IMG/VR virus record: IMGVR_UViG_3300045988_139374
Coordinates: 206,994 to 270,993 of that record
Reading direction: 5' to 3' (one strand)
DNA: 64,000 nucleotides
Source of the DNA: a virus
Made by a program: the position numbers and the translations under genes. Shown here one piece after another: positions 25,685 to 35,911 of the stretch; position 1 is the first letter of the stretch; each line of letters opens with the position of its first letter. The notes under the pieces were generated by a model. It had not been told where the DNA came from. It was given only the letters and a program-made list of their open reading frames with translations, and ran no database searches.

Positions 25685-25754
25685 TGTGATTATACTCTCC
25701 TTAAAGATATTGGTTGCATTTCATAACAGCTTACGGTATCTTATCTACCATTTT
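25659..25754. repeat. 17-bp perfect inverted repeat, arms 62 nt apart
   Basis: AAAATGGTAGATAAGAT (25659-25675) pairs with ATCTTATCTACCATTTT (25738-25754), in the divergent intergenic region between 25600 (-) and 25774 (+). Confidence 0.8.
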
Positions 25755-25773
25755 TATTTATTGAGGTAATCTT

Positions 25774-26172
25774 ATGAATAATATGAATATTAGAATCTAT
25801 TATAATCATCTTTATGATGATTATAAGAAATATTGTTTTCTGCTTTATATTGAAGAACTAGGAATATTTGTTTCAACTACCAATGACTTATTCACTTCTA
25901 TTGAAAAACCTGATGTAGTTATTGATAATGAAATAATTGATGCTTATGCTATGTCCAGAGGATTTACTAAGCTACTAGAAACATATTTTAGAGAAGATAA
26001 TATTTCTTGGATTAATGATGCATATGATAGGAAAAATGATTTGATAAGTACTCTTAATAATGCTAAGGATAGTATTAAGGACCATTATAAATACACGGTT
26101 AATGGAAGAGTACCCAAACTTTCTTATACTCTATATGCAGTCATTAATAGTCTGCTAAATAAAATTAAATAA
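25774..26172 (+). CDS. hypothetical protein
   Basis: 132 codons with a TGAGGTAA RBS-like run. Confidence 0.7.
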   Translation: MNNMNIRIYYNHLYDDYKKYCFLLYIEELGIFVSTTNDLFTSIEKPDVVIDNEIIDAYAMSRGFTKLLETYFREDNISWINDAYDRKNDLISTLNNAKDSIKDHYKYTVNGRVPKLSYTLYAVINSLLNKIK

Positions 26173-26178
26173 TAAAAC

Positions 26179-26209
26179 GGGAGTAGGATTTAATCCTACT
26201 CCCAATATT
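26179..26209. terminator. bidirectional terminator hairpin
   Basis: GGGAGTAGGAT pairs with ATCCTACTCCC, between convergent genes. Confidence 0.85.
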
Positions 26210-27520
26210 TTAATCCTTTTTAACGCCGAATTCACGAGAAGAAAATACTTCGATAATATTCAACTTGCCACTCTTAATACCAGAAATAGTAATCGTATGA
26301 GCATTTGTTCCACTTTCCAATTTGGTCTTAATATTAATATTTCCGAATGTATAAGTCTTTTCAGTCTGATCTTTCCAATTCATTATGACCATAGTACTCA
26401 GAGGAGTATTATTACCATTGATATCAATAAGATTACTAAATACTAGATTGTATATATTCAGAGTAGCATTATCATGCCAGTTATCGACATATATCTTAAC
26501 AGTAGCAGTATTATTACTTACATTCAGTGTATAATTAGAGATATCATTATTCTTAGAATCCTTGACAACAGAATTGGGGAATTGATAATTAAGTGCATCT
26601 ACACCAGAAATAGTAATATTACTATTCATGTAGAATCCACCACATTTGATAGTCTGTGCTTCTTTTGCAGGAGCTACAGTCTGTCCATCCATATCAGGAA
26701 CATTTTGAATGATATATCCATTTCCTGTATGATATCCCTTAGGAATATAATACTTACTATTCATTTTGAAGTTAATAACTTCAGGTTCTACTTTCTTAAC
26801 GCTACCTACAACCTGTTCACCATTAACCCAAGCCGTATAACCTTCAACAATAACTTCAGAATATGCTGTACCATTAGTTTGTCCTGCTAGATTTGCAGCG
26901 TTGACTACACCTCTGCCATCATGATATCCTTCAGGAATTGTATAACTACCACCTGCAACTAGTGTATTAGTAGTAGATTTATTTACAGTCATTGTACCAT
27001 CTACTCTTTTACCATTAGCCCAGCAATAGCTACCTTTCTTAATATCTGCAGCAACGATAGATGCCTTTGTTTGGCTCATTAGATCTTTTGCTACAATAAT
27101 TCCATTGCCATCGTGATATCCTTTAGAAATTCTATGAGAAGCACCACATAGCAGAGTATCATTTTCGGAACCATTATCAGGCATTGCACCTGTAACTTTT
27201 ACACCATTAACCCAAGCAGTTCTATTAATTAGAATATCATCAGCAGTAGCATTAGAAGGCGTAAGATTAGATAGATCTTGAGCCTTTACTGTATATGCTT
27301 TAGGGTTAATGCCGTAAGGAATATTTAGTGTAGATCCTGCAGTCAGAGTAATTGTACCAGTTCTAGTACTATTAACAGGAATAGTACCAGATTCCATATG
27401 CTGAGTAGAGCCAATAAATTGCTTGCCTTGAGCAACATCAGCAGGAGTAGCATTTAGCAAATTTCTATCTGCAACTACAACATCTACGATATTAATAGAA
27501 TCAGTAAATGGCATAACCAA
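26210..27520 (-). CDS. tail fibre-like protein with AWVNG repeat units
   Basis: 436 codons with a TAGGAGGT RBS. TAWVNGVKVTGAM, YCWANGKRVDGTM and TAWVNGEQVVGSV units are interleaved with GYHDGxG units, the same repeat family as in 27619-30729. Confidence 0.6.
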   Translation of the reverse strand: MVMPFTDSINIVDVVVADRNLLNATPADVAQGKQFIGSTQHMESGTIPVNSTRTGTITLTAGSTLNIPYGINPKAYTVKAQDLSNLTPSNATADDILINRTAWVNGVKVTGAMPDNGSENDTLLCGASHRISKGYHDGNGIIVAKDLMSQTKASIVAADIKKGSYCWANGKRVDGTMTVNKSTTNTLVAGGSYTIPEGYHDGRGVVNAANLAGQTNGTAYSEVIVEGYTAWVNGEQVVGSVKKVEPEVINFKMNSKYYIPKGYHTGNGYIIQNVPDMDGQTVAPAKEAQTIKCGGFYMNSNITISGVDALNYQFPNSVVKDSKNNDISNYTLNVSNNTATVKIYVDNWHDNATLNIYNLVFSNLIDINGNNTPLSTMVIMNWKDQTEKTYTFGNINIKTKLESGTNAHTITISGIKSGKLNIIEVFSSREFGVKKD

Positions 27521-27618
27521 AACCTCCTATTTTGTTACTATAAATTACTATGAAGTTGAACTTTCGAGCTTTCGCACATTATATTAATATTAGTAAAGGA
27601 GAGGAGTTGGATCAATAT

Positions 27619-30600
27619 ATGGCTGATAAAGAAATGTATTTCGATACATCTAGTGCCAATAATCTTGGGACATTGGCACTAGAGCCTGACGAATCTATGG
27701 CTACTCCATCGTCAGTAAAAGATAAATATGCCTTTAAAGATGCAGTAACAAGAGATGTATTGATAGGTACAATGCCTCTTATTCCTGCTGCTAATACTAA
27801 GATTGACCCTAAATATGATGGCCATGTAAATAATACTTATAATATTCCAGAAGGCTATCATAATGGTAAAGGTACTGTTTATGTAGGAGATCTTAGCGAA
27901 TATACTCCTGGTACAGCTAAGCCAGAAGATGTTTCTGCATCTAAGACTTTCTGGGTAAATGGTAAAAAATATTCTGGTACCCTAGATGTAAAGCAAGCAA
28001 CCCAAGAAGCAGATGCTACACCTTGGGATATCGTTTCTCCTAAGACTGCTTGGGTAAATGGTAAGAAAGTTACTGGTTTGATTCCTTCTCTCCCTAGAAA
28101 AGATCAAAATTTACTTGCTGGAGAATCTTATACTTTTCCATATGGATTATCTGCTGGTACTACTGTAATTTCTGCTGCTGATCTAGCATCGCAAACTGTA
28201 GCTAATGCAAAGGCTAATCAGATTATAAAAGGACAAACAGCTTGGGTTAATGGTGTTAAAGTTACTGGTACATTTGATCTTGTAGAAAATACAAAAGAAT
28301 ATCTGAAAGAAACAAATGCTACTCAGAATCAAGTTCTGAGTAGTAAAAAATTCTATTCTTCTGTATATGGCCAAGTAATGTCTGGTACAATGCTTGACCA
28401 TAGCAATGATCCAGTTAGAACTCTTTTAAATGGAGTCACATTTACAATTCCTGAAGGATATTACTCTGGTAGAACATCTATCAAAGTTCAATCTCTTAGA
28501 GATGCTACTATATCTAATGCTACAGAAGATACAATTCTAGTTAATAGAACAGCTTGGGTTAATGGTGTTAAAGTCACCGGCACTATGCCTATGATAGATT
28601 CTAAGATTGTAGAACTTGGAGCTGGAGAATCTTTTGATATTAAGAAGGGTTTCCATACTGGTACTGGTAAAGTAAGAGCAAAAGATCTATCTGGAGAAAC
28701 TATAGGCACTGCTGAAGCTGGAGATCTACTAGTTGGAAAATCTATGTGGGTCAATGGTAAGAAGATAGTTGGTACAATGCCAGATATCGAAGCTTCTACT
28801 ACTAATCTTAAGCCTGGTGGAACATATCAAATTCCTGAAGGTCATCATAGTGGTAATGGATCTGTAACAGTAAAATCTCTTGCATATTATACTTCTGCAA
28901 ATGCTACTGCTAGTGATATTCTTACTACTAAGAATGCTTGGGTAAATGGAGTTAAAGTAGAAGGCACTATGGCAAATAATGGTGCTGTTTCTTCTATTCT
29001 TGCTGCTGGAGCATCTTATACAGTTCCTAAAGGATATCATAATGGATCTGGTGTTATTAAGGCACAAGATCTTGCATCTCAGACTTCTGCAAATGCTGCT
29101 GCAGATGATATTCTATCTCCCAAAACTGCATGGGTTAATGGTAAGAAAGTCACTGGCACACTAGCAATTGATGGATCTGCGTCTCAAGATGATGTAATTG
29201 CAGGTAAGACATTCTACAATAACGATCCTAAGGCTAAAAGAACTGGTACACTAACCCTTACTGGTAATGCTACTGAATCTGATGTAGTATCTGGAGTTAC
29301 TTATTATACTACAGATCCTAAGAGAAAGCATACTGGATCTTTAACTCTTAATGGCACTGCTAATACTGCACAAGTATTGTCTGGATATACTTTCTATAAG
29401 AATAATCCTAAAGCTAAAGTAACTGGCACCATGAAGAATAATGGTGGAATATCTGCCACTCTTAATGCAAATCAGTCCTTTACTATTCCTGAAGGATATC
29501 ATGATGGATCAGGTACAATTATTGCAAATGGTCTATCTGGACAAACTTCTGGTACTGCTACTGCTAGTGATATTGCAAAAGGAGCTACTGCTTGGATTAA
29601 TGGAGTCAAAGTAACTGGTACTTTGGAATTAACAGGCGATGCTACTCCTGAACAAGTTGTTGCTGGAGCCACTTTCTATAGTAATAATCTTAAGCAAAAA
29701 ATGATAGGCACTATGATTCAAGTGCCTACTAAAATCGTTTCCCTTCGTGCTGGTGAATCTTATACAATTCCTGCTGGCTATTATGATGGTACATCCAAAG
29801 TATTTGCTGTAGATCTTGCTTCTCAGACTCAAGCAACTGCTGATGTAAATAAAGTTCTAGAAGGATATACGGCATGGGTTAATGGTAAAAAGATTACTGG
29901 TAAGATGCTAAACCAAGGATCTAGATCTTTTAGAGATTTAGTAGCTGGTAGTAATATTAAGATTCCAGAAGGATATTATTCTGGATATGGATATATTACT
30001 ACTCTTGATCTTGCTACTCAAACCCAATCAGATGCTACGGCAAATGATATCCTGATAACTAAAACTGCATGGGTTAATGGAGTTAAGGTTACTGGATCTA
30101 TGCCAAATAATGGATCTTGGACTCAAGAAAATGTAAATGCTGGATCAAGTGTTACTATTCCTAAGGGATATCATAATGGTTCTGGTAAAATTACTATTAA
30201 AAGTCTAAGAGATCAAACTCAATCTAATGCTGTTCCTTATAATCTACTTATTGCTAAGACTGCATGGGTTAATGGATCTAAAATTACTGGTACTATGCCA
30301 GATAATACTGGATGGTCTTCTAAAGAAATGACCGCAGGATCTTCTGCTACCATTCCTGCTGGATTCCATGATGGTACAGGTGTTATAACTGCAAAGTCTC
30401 TTGCTTCTCAAACTCAAGCAACTGCAGGAGCTGCTGATATTCTATCTCCAAAGACTGCATGGGTTAATGGATCTAAAATTACTGGTACTATTCCTACTTA
30501 TACTACGTCTAAGTTGAGAATAGCTGCTGGCTACGATACTATTCTTCCTGCTGGATATTATGCAAATCCGATTCATATTTATAGCTTGTATGGAGATGAT

Positions 30601-30729
30601 GTTCTAGACCTAACAGGTACTAGTGCAGAATATGAGCAACCTACTGAATCTCTACTGCCTAATGATGATGGATATGTTGATACGGCAGAGACTAAGCTTG
30701 TTATCACTGCAGATCTAATAGGTGGATAA
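27619..30729 (+). CDS. large tail fibre protein, about 18 tandem units of a repeat of roughly 55-65 aa
   Basis: The likely start is ATG 27619, after GGAGAGGAG, although the track ORF starts at 27550. Repeat consensus: DIL..KTAWVNG.K(V/I)TGTMP..G......AG.SYTIP.GYH(N/D)GSG.V.AKDLASQT. Confidence 0.65.
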   Translation: MADKEMYFDTSSANNLGTLALEPDESMATPSSVKDKYAFKDAVTRDVLIGTMPLIPAANTKIDPKYDGHVNNTYNIPEGYHNGKGTVYVGDLSEYTPGTAKPEDVSASKTFWVNGKKYSGTLDVKQATQEADATPWDIVSPKTAWVNGKKVTGLIPSLPRKDQNLLAGESYTFPYGLSAGTTVISAADLASQTVANAKANQIIKGQTAWVNGVKVTGTFDLVENTKEYLKETNATQNQVLSSKKFYSSVYGQVMSGTMLDHSNDPVRTLLNGVTFTIPEGYYSGRTSIKVQSLRDATISNATEDTILVNRTAWVNGVKVTGTMPMIDSKIVELGAGESFDIKKGFHTGTGKVRAKDLSGETIGTAEAGDLLVGKSMWVNGKKIVGTMPDIEASTTNLKPGGTYQIPEGHHSGNGSVTVKSLAYYTSANATASDILTTKNAWVNGVKVEGTMANNGAVSSILAAGASYTVPKGYHNGSGVIKAQDLASQTSANAAADDILSPKTAWVNGKKVTGTLAIDGSASQDDVIAGKTFYNNDPKAKRTGTLTLTGNATESDVVSGVTYYTTDPKRKHTGSLTLNGTANTAQVLSGYTFYKNNPKAKVTGTMKNNGGISATLNANQSFTIPEGYHDGSGTIIANGLSGQTSGTATASDIAKGATAWINGVKVTGTLELTGDATPEQVVAGATFYSNNLKQKMIGTMIQVPTKIVSLRAGESYTIPAGYYDGTSKVFAVDLASQTQATADVNKVLEGYTAWVNGKKITGKMLNQGSRSFRDLVAGSNIKIPEGYYSGYGYITTLDLATQTQSDATANDILITKTAWVNGVKVTGSMPNNGSWTQENVNAGSSVTIPKGYHNGSGKITIKSLRDQTQSNAVPYNLLIAKTAWVNGSKITGTMPDNTGWSSKEMTAGSSATIPAGFHDGTGVITAKSLASQTQATAGAADILSPKTAWVNGSKITGTIPTYTTSKLRIAAGYDTILPAGYYANPIHIYSLYGDDVLDLTGTSAEYEQPTESLLPNDDGYVDTAETKLVITADLIGG

Positions 30730-30790
30730 TAGTAAGAAAAACATGATAATAAATAATTAGTAATTTCATAGATAAGGAGACGATTCATTT

Positions 30791-31408
30791 ATGGCTAAGA
30801 TTGAAAACCGTAAAGTTAGAATCGAAGACTGGCAGGGTAATAGATATTTCCCTATTGGTGCTTCAGCTGATTCTACTTCTGGTACAGTTAGTGACTCTAC
30901 ATCTGCATCTACAGATAAAAATGATAATACTTATACTGAAGGAACCAAGACATCTGATAGTTCTGCTAATAATGGCAGTTCTATTGTTCTAAGCTCTTCT
31001 TCTACTAGACGAGTTCTATACTCTACTATGATTTCTAATATTCCTTTTGGAAGCACTTCTATTACTTATAGAATTAAATCTTCTAAGGGATCTGGAACTA
31101 TTAATCTTCTAGAGGTTAACACTTACTTTGTAGATACTTCTGGCACTAATCCTAAGTCTACTAAGATTCATACCCAAACTATCAATGGAGATCAAATTGG
31201 TACTCCTAATCAATATGTAGGGCTTGGCCACGTTGTTGACTTTAAGGGAACTGCAACTGGATCTTATATGATGAAGATTGAGTTTATTGTTTTGCCCGAT
31301 ACAGGTGCAGCCATATACTTTGATAATATGGCTGTTGCTCTTGCTCCTATGTCTGCAAACTCTGCAAATAAAGCATTTGTAGATCAAACTACTGTTGTTC
31401 TTCCGTAA
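30791..31408 (+). CDS. hypothetical tail-module protein (S/T-rich N-terminus)
   Basis: 205 codons with an AAGGAGA RBS and a downstream terminator. Confidence 0.8.
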   Translation: MAKIENRKVRIEDWQGNRYFPIGASADSTSGTVSDSTSASTDKNDNTYTEGTKTSDSSANNGSSIVLSSSSTRRVLYSTMISNIPFGSTSITYRIKSSKGSGTINLLEVNTYFVDTSGTNPKSTKIHTQTINGDQIGTPNQYVGLGHVVDFKGTATGSYMMKIEFIVLPDTGAAIYFDNMAVALAPMSANSANKAFVDQTTVVLP

Positions 31409-31419
31409 AGAATTGAAAT

Positions 31420-31452
31420 CCACTACTTGGATTCACCAAGTAGTGGTTTATT
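31420..31452 (+). terminator. rho-independent terminator
   Basis: CCACTACTTGG pairs with CCAAGTAGTGG, followed by TTT. Confidence 0.8.
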
Positions 31453-31504
31453 CTTCAAAATTAAACATCCTTATAAAATATTTAGATAAGTGGAGGGCCA
31501 TGAT

Positions 31505-32482
31505 ATGAAGCTGATCTCTGACTCTTATCTGTACCAAACTGCAGACTATAATAAAGAACTGTTTAAGTACATTATGGAAGCAGAGCGTGTAGATAAGAAT
31601 TCTAAAGCATTTGATGACATTATATTTGCTGTGAAGCAACAAGCTACTGCGGTTCTTCTAAAAGTTTTGATGAGCAATAAGGTTGTTCTAATGATTAGAG
31701 ATCCTGGAGTCTCTAGAGCATTTAAAGTACTTTATCTAAGAGATATTAAGAACGATAGTAAAGATAAGAAGGTTTTTATTGACTGTTCTGGAGTCATTAA
31801 GAAAGCAGATAACGGATCGTATAAGCTTTCTAAAGTAGGAGCTTTGATTTCTTATCTCACTGCTGCTATGGTATATATTATCTACTATAATAATCCTAGA
31901 CTTATTACTAGTAGTGCTTCTCTTATGAAGAATGGAGCATCTGCATTTACTGATATGATGCTTTATACTCTTGGATATCTAAAAGTACCTGTTACTTATG
32001 CTGATAATAAAGAACGAATTTCTTTTGTTATGTCTGAATATTATCTTCTATGTGTAGAAGGTGTGTCTTCTAGTGGAGATACTGTATATAATATTGCAAA
32101 GCAAGTATCTGGTATTAAAGATAAGAAAATTTGCGATTATCTACATAGTCTATTCTCATTTACTTTTGATGATGGAGCAGCAGATTTCAATAAATTCCTT
32201 GCTAAATTTGCTGAAGTATTTCTAGATCAAAAGGAAGGCATGATTTCTCCTAAGAATAGAGCGAGACTTACTACAGATTCTTTTGTTCAGAGATGGATGT
32301 ATGTATTTGGTCCTGGCACTTTCCTAGGTCTAGAATGTTTTGTTCCTTTCTCTCAGATCATTACCGACTGCTATAATGGTGCATTTTTGAATCAGCAAAA
32401 TACAATCGAAAAGATTGTTGGTAGTAAGACAGTTGTTGCATTTACTAATGAGCTACTTAAAATCGGAGGGGAGAATGCATAA
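31505..32482 (+). CDS. hypothetical protein
   Basis: The ATG at 31505 lies 6 nt after GGAGGG, whereas the track ORF starts at GTG 31490. 325 codons. Confidence 0.8.
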   Translation: MKLISDSYLYQTADYNKELFKYIMEAERVDKNSKAFDDIIFAVKQQATAVLLKVLMSNKVVLMIRDPGVSRAFKVLYLRDIKNDSKDKKVFIDCSGVIKKADNGSYKLSKVGALISYLTAAMVYIIYYNNPRLITSSASLMKNGASAFTDMMLYTLGYLKVPVTYADNKERISFVMSEYYLLCVEGVSSSGDTVYNIAKQVSGIKDKKICDYLHSLFSFTFDDGAADFNKFLAKFAEVFLDQKEGMISPKNRARLTTDSFVQRWMYVFGPGTFLGLECFVPFSQIITDCYNGAFLNQQNTIEKIVGSKTVVAFTNELLKIGGENA

Positions 32483-35022
32483 TGATGGATCAAAAATTCA
32501 TTGATAAAATTGAAGAATTGAGACATCATACTTACTCTCGTATTACGGAACTGCAAAAAGATCTCTGTCCAATGGTTAGAAATATTTATATGAATCACCA
32601 ATATGAATATTGGTATGATGGGTATAAATATAATATTTGGGAAATAGATGTGCATCTATATGCAGTAAATGAAATTCCTTATTGCTATGATAATGAATTG
32701 AAGAATACTGTATTTAAAGATACACTAGATCATCTTGTAGAGCAAGATAAAGTCTGGCCATTTATTCTTTTTGTAGAAGGAGTTGCAATTCCGTGGAGTA
32801 AGATAACTATTATTCATGATTATGATTATAGTTATCTTAGAATTGATGGGCTCAAGAGAGATAGTCAACCATTTATGGCAAAAATGGTTGTATTTCCTAT
32901 TGCTTCTAAATATATTAGATATGGTGAAGATAGTAATGTTCTTTTGAATCACGATAGAAAAGGATTCTATTTTGATTTAAATGGAAGAAGACTAGAAGAT
33001 ACTGATTTTGTTAGAATTGGTATGCGTTTAGAAATTCTAGATCCTAATATCTATTATAAAGAAATTAATCTATTTGAAACTCCTTATCAGATGATGGAAT
33101 TAGAAGATCTTCCTGTTGGATATATTCCCACTATTGATAATATCATCACTTTTAATGATACTGGCCTATTCAATGAATCCGGATCTGAGAAAAAAATTGA
33201 TGATATTTATAATGGCACATTTGGATTGTTCAAAGTTCTTCAAACTACTACTCCTATTAAATGGGCAATTTGTATGTATAATACTAAGCATGCAAATATT
33301 CAACAATCATCGATGATTAATAGAGAAGATGTAGATAAAGATCTTGTAAAATCTATCATTACAGCAAATAAGAATAATACTTCTAGTACCGATTGGAATA
33401 CCATTATTGCTCCACTTATCAAGCCTTTTGATTTCGATCATTCTAGAGATCTTACATATGAAAAGAATATTGAGAATTCTGCAAAATACATCACTCAATA
33501 TGATTTTAATCTGTGGAAAGATGTATTTGCAAAAGAATCTAATGTAAGATCTATTTGTTATGAAGGAAACGATTTTAAAGCTCTCGCAGACACAGATGGA
33601 TATGTTCATCTATCTAGAAAATTTGGTGATACTATTGAATCTAGCATTATAATGTTTGTCAATAATAGACTCTATCAATATATGATTGATGTAGTATATA
33701 CTACTAATACAATCAATGTTCCTATCTTTGGAATACTAGATGGAGATCATGTAGAGATTCTTATGTTTACTATCTGTAATAATAAGATTCTTGAATTAAC
33801 TGTACCAAATGCTAAGACTGATATCTATCTCCATGATGAGTATAATCTAGATGATTGCTATTTAATGTCTGAATATTGCCCAAATTCTGTGTATGAAGTT
33901 CCTGACTCTGCAGAAGATAGAAAGAATTATATTGTAGATTTTACCTATAGTTCTGTTAAAGCTAATTATTATCGTATTCAGTTTACTAATATTGAATATT
34001 ATGGTAGAAAGCTTAAACTAGTTCCTAAGAAGCAATTCAGATATTATAGATTTAAGCAAAAGGATAATCAGTATAAAGTAATTCTTCCTACTCAGTTTAA
34101 TTACTGCCATAACCCTGATCAATATATGATCTTTATTAATGGCCAAAAGATTGACAAGACTGAGTATACTATTACATTCATGAATAAATATCGTCCTTTT
34201 GATAAATTGGTTCTATATTTTACTACTATTCTTGATAAAGGAGATTATATTGATATCTTCTATATCCCTGAAGTATTTGTAGAAAAATATAAACAATCTA
34301 CTATTCCTAAGAGCGGTATGCTTGCTCTTACAGATACTCCTACTGATGTAAATTATCCGACTACTTATCCTCTATCTAAAGATACTTCCCTTGTTTTTAT
34401 TAATGGTCTTAAGGTTAATCCTCTTGATATTAAAGATATTGATCTTAATACTTTGCTTATCAATATGGATAAGTATAATAGAGATAAAGATGGAAATATT
34501 GTTATAGATGGTACAGGTAAGCAATCTGTTAATAAACATTATGTAGACTCTGTAAACAATATTACTATTATGGAATATATTGTAGGAGATAATAGTGTAG
34601 CACAATACTTAATTAAGAATGGAAAATCTGTTTCTGATTCTTGGAAAGTATTTATCACTAATCTGCTTGCAAAATATGCTACTAGTGATAAACCTTATAA
34701 TGGACTTCAGAAAATCTTTGGCGCTATTAATGAACTTGAGACTCCTGCTGCTAATTATAAGGATAACTTTGCTAGTCTTAAGACCATTCTCTATGACGTT
34801 ATTATCGACTTCTATCTTGGTCGTAATGATGTCACTACTGGAAATAGATTTGTCTACGATTTCCATCCTGAATACTTTGATAACGAAGCAGCAGGAAGTA
34901 ATACTAAGATTGTACGTCTATTCCCCGATAAGGATAAACTACTTAATTATATTGCTACAGATCTTGTTGCTGATACAGATGATGTCAAGGATGGAAAGAA
35001 GTTTATTCCTGTTAATCAATAA
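32482..35022 (+). CDS. large hypothetical structural-region protein
   Basis: 846 codons. The ATG overlaps the upstream stop (TAATG), suggesting translational coupling. Confidence 0.85.
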   Translation: MMDQKFIDKIEELRHHTYSRITELQKDLCPMVRNIYMNHQYEYWYDGYKYNIWEIDVHLYAVNEIPYCYDNELKNTVFKDTLDHLVEQDKVWPFILFVEGVAIPWSKITIIHDYDYSYLRIDGLKRDSQPFMAKMVVFPIASKYIRYGEDSNVLLNHDRKGFYFDLNGRRLEDTDFVRIGMRLEILDPNIYYKEINLFETPYQMMELEDLPVGYIPTIDNIITFNDTGLFNESGSEKKIDDIYNGTFGLFKVLQTTTPIKWAICMYNTKHANIQQSSMINREDVDKDLVKSIITANKNNTSSTDWNTIIAPLIKPFDFDHSRDLTYEKNIENSAKYITQYDFNLWKDVFAKESNVRSICYEGNDFKALADTDGYVHLSRKFGDTIESSIIMFVNNRLYQYMIDVVYTTNTINVPIFGILDGDHVEILMFTICNNKILELTVPNAKTDIYLHDEYNLDDCYLMSEYCPNSVYEVPDSAEDRKNYIVDFTYSSVKANYYRIQFTNIEYYGRKLKLVPKKQFRYYRFKQKDNQYKVILPTQFNYCHNPDQYMIFINGQKIDKTEYTITFMNKYRPFDKLVLYFTTILDKGDYIDIFYIPEVFVEKYKQSTIPKSGMLALTDTPTDVNYPTTYPLSKDTSLVFINGLKVNPLDIKDIDLNTLLINMDKYNRDKDGNIVIDGTGKQSVNKHYVDSVNNITIMEYIVGDNSVAQYLIKNGKSVSDSWKVFITNLLAKYATSDKPYNGLQKIFGAINELETPAANYKDNFASLKTILYDVIIDFYLGRNDVTTGNRFVYDFHPEYFDNEAAGSNTKIVRLFPDKDKLLNYIATDLVADTDDVKDGKKFIPVNQ

Positions 35023-35027
35023 TAATA

Positions 35028-35060
35028 GCGGAAGGGAACTAAATCCCTTCCGCATTTTAA
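35028..35060 (+). terminator. rho-independent terminator
   Basis: GCGGAAGGGA pairs with TCCCTTCCGC, followed by ATTTT. Confidence 0.8.
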
Positions 35061-35122
35061 TTATTCTTATTTTCACTTGTATAGTATAAAATTGAAATAG
35101 AAGGAAGAAAGAGTACTTCTAT
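35055..35122 (+). promoter_or_regulatory. conserved promoter block plus 5' hairpin
   Basis: The 37-nt block is identical to those at 21293 and 63963. The stem is ATAGAAG (35097-35103) / CTTCTAT (35116-35122). Confidence 0.65.
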
Positions 35123-35163
35123 TGGTCGTATAAAAAGATGTAAAATAAAAGGAGAAGTTTAAT

Positions 35164-35487
35164 ATGAAAAAGTCTAGCAAGTTCGTCCGTATCAATAAGC
35201 TGTTCCTGGCTACTCTGTTCGTCCTGGTTACATTGGTTGCTTTCTGGCTTGGTGGCAAGTTCACTATGATGAAGAACACTGAACTCGTAGTTGATCACTA
35301 TGTCAGCTACAAAGTCAGTGCACAGGATACTCTTTCTGAAATCGCATCAAAGTATAAGATGGATGGCGAGAAAGACTATCGCCGTCAGCTTCATGCTATT
35401 CGCGAAGCTAATGATATCAACGCCGACTGTGATATCCATAGCGGTGAAGTACTTCAGATCCCTGTGTTCATCAGGGTTGTGAAGTAA
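35164..35487 (+). CDS. membrane-anchored LysM-domain protein
   Basis: An N-terminal hydrophobic helix (LFLATLFVLVTLVAFWLGG) is followed by YKVSAQDTLSEIASKY...IREANDI...SGEVLQIPV, which fits the LysM consensus. Codon usage is G+C-rich. Confidence 0.6.
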   Translation: MKKSSKFVRINKLFLATLFVLVTLVAFWLGGKFTMMKNTELVVDHYVSYKVSAQDTLSEIASKYKMDGEKDYRRQLHAIREANDINADCDIHSGEVLQIPVFIRVVK

Positions 35488-35637
35488 ACAAGAATTAAGA
35501 GGAAAGTACGAGGATCATATGATCCTCAATGCAACTCCTTTTAATTTTTTATTTAGCTAGATATTATAATTATGAATAGAATACCAGAAGTGATATTTTA
35601 TTATTCAGATTACCAATTAATAAATGGAGGTTGCATT

Positions 35638-35862
35638 ATGGGTATAGGCAAGAATCATGATTATTATATCAATCAATGTACTAAAAGAAATACATTAAAG
35701 TCAGATTTTCTAACAAATAAAGAAAAGCTTCAAATGATCTTTGATATTGATAAAGAAGCTTTAAAGAAACAATTTCCTGAATTGTATTATTGTATACTAG
35801 CGGTATTGGATGAAGATAAGATCAGTACTCCAGGAGATTATTTTAAAACTGATAATTCCTGA
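35638..35862 (+). CDS. hypothetical small protein
   Basis: The ATG at 35638 follows TGGAGGT (in-frame Met 23 of the track ORF). 74 codons. Confidence 0.6.
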   Translation: MGIGKNHDYYINQCTKRNTLKSDFLTNKEKLQMIFDIDKEALKKQFPELYYCILAVLDEDKISTPGDYFKTDNS

Positions 35863-35911
35863 AACTCAATATTACTGGTATAACTAATTTGTTTTATAAG
35901 GAGATAAACAA

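Noticed and set aside
27550-27618. ATG 27550 as the tail-fibre start
   Set aside because: There is no SD before 27550, whereas GGAGAGGAG precedes the in-frame ATG at 27619. Kept as an alternative only.
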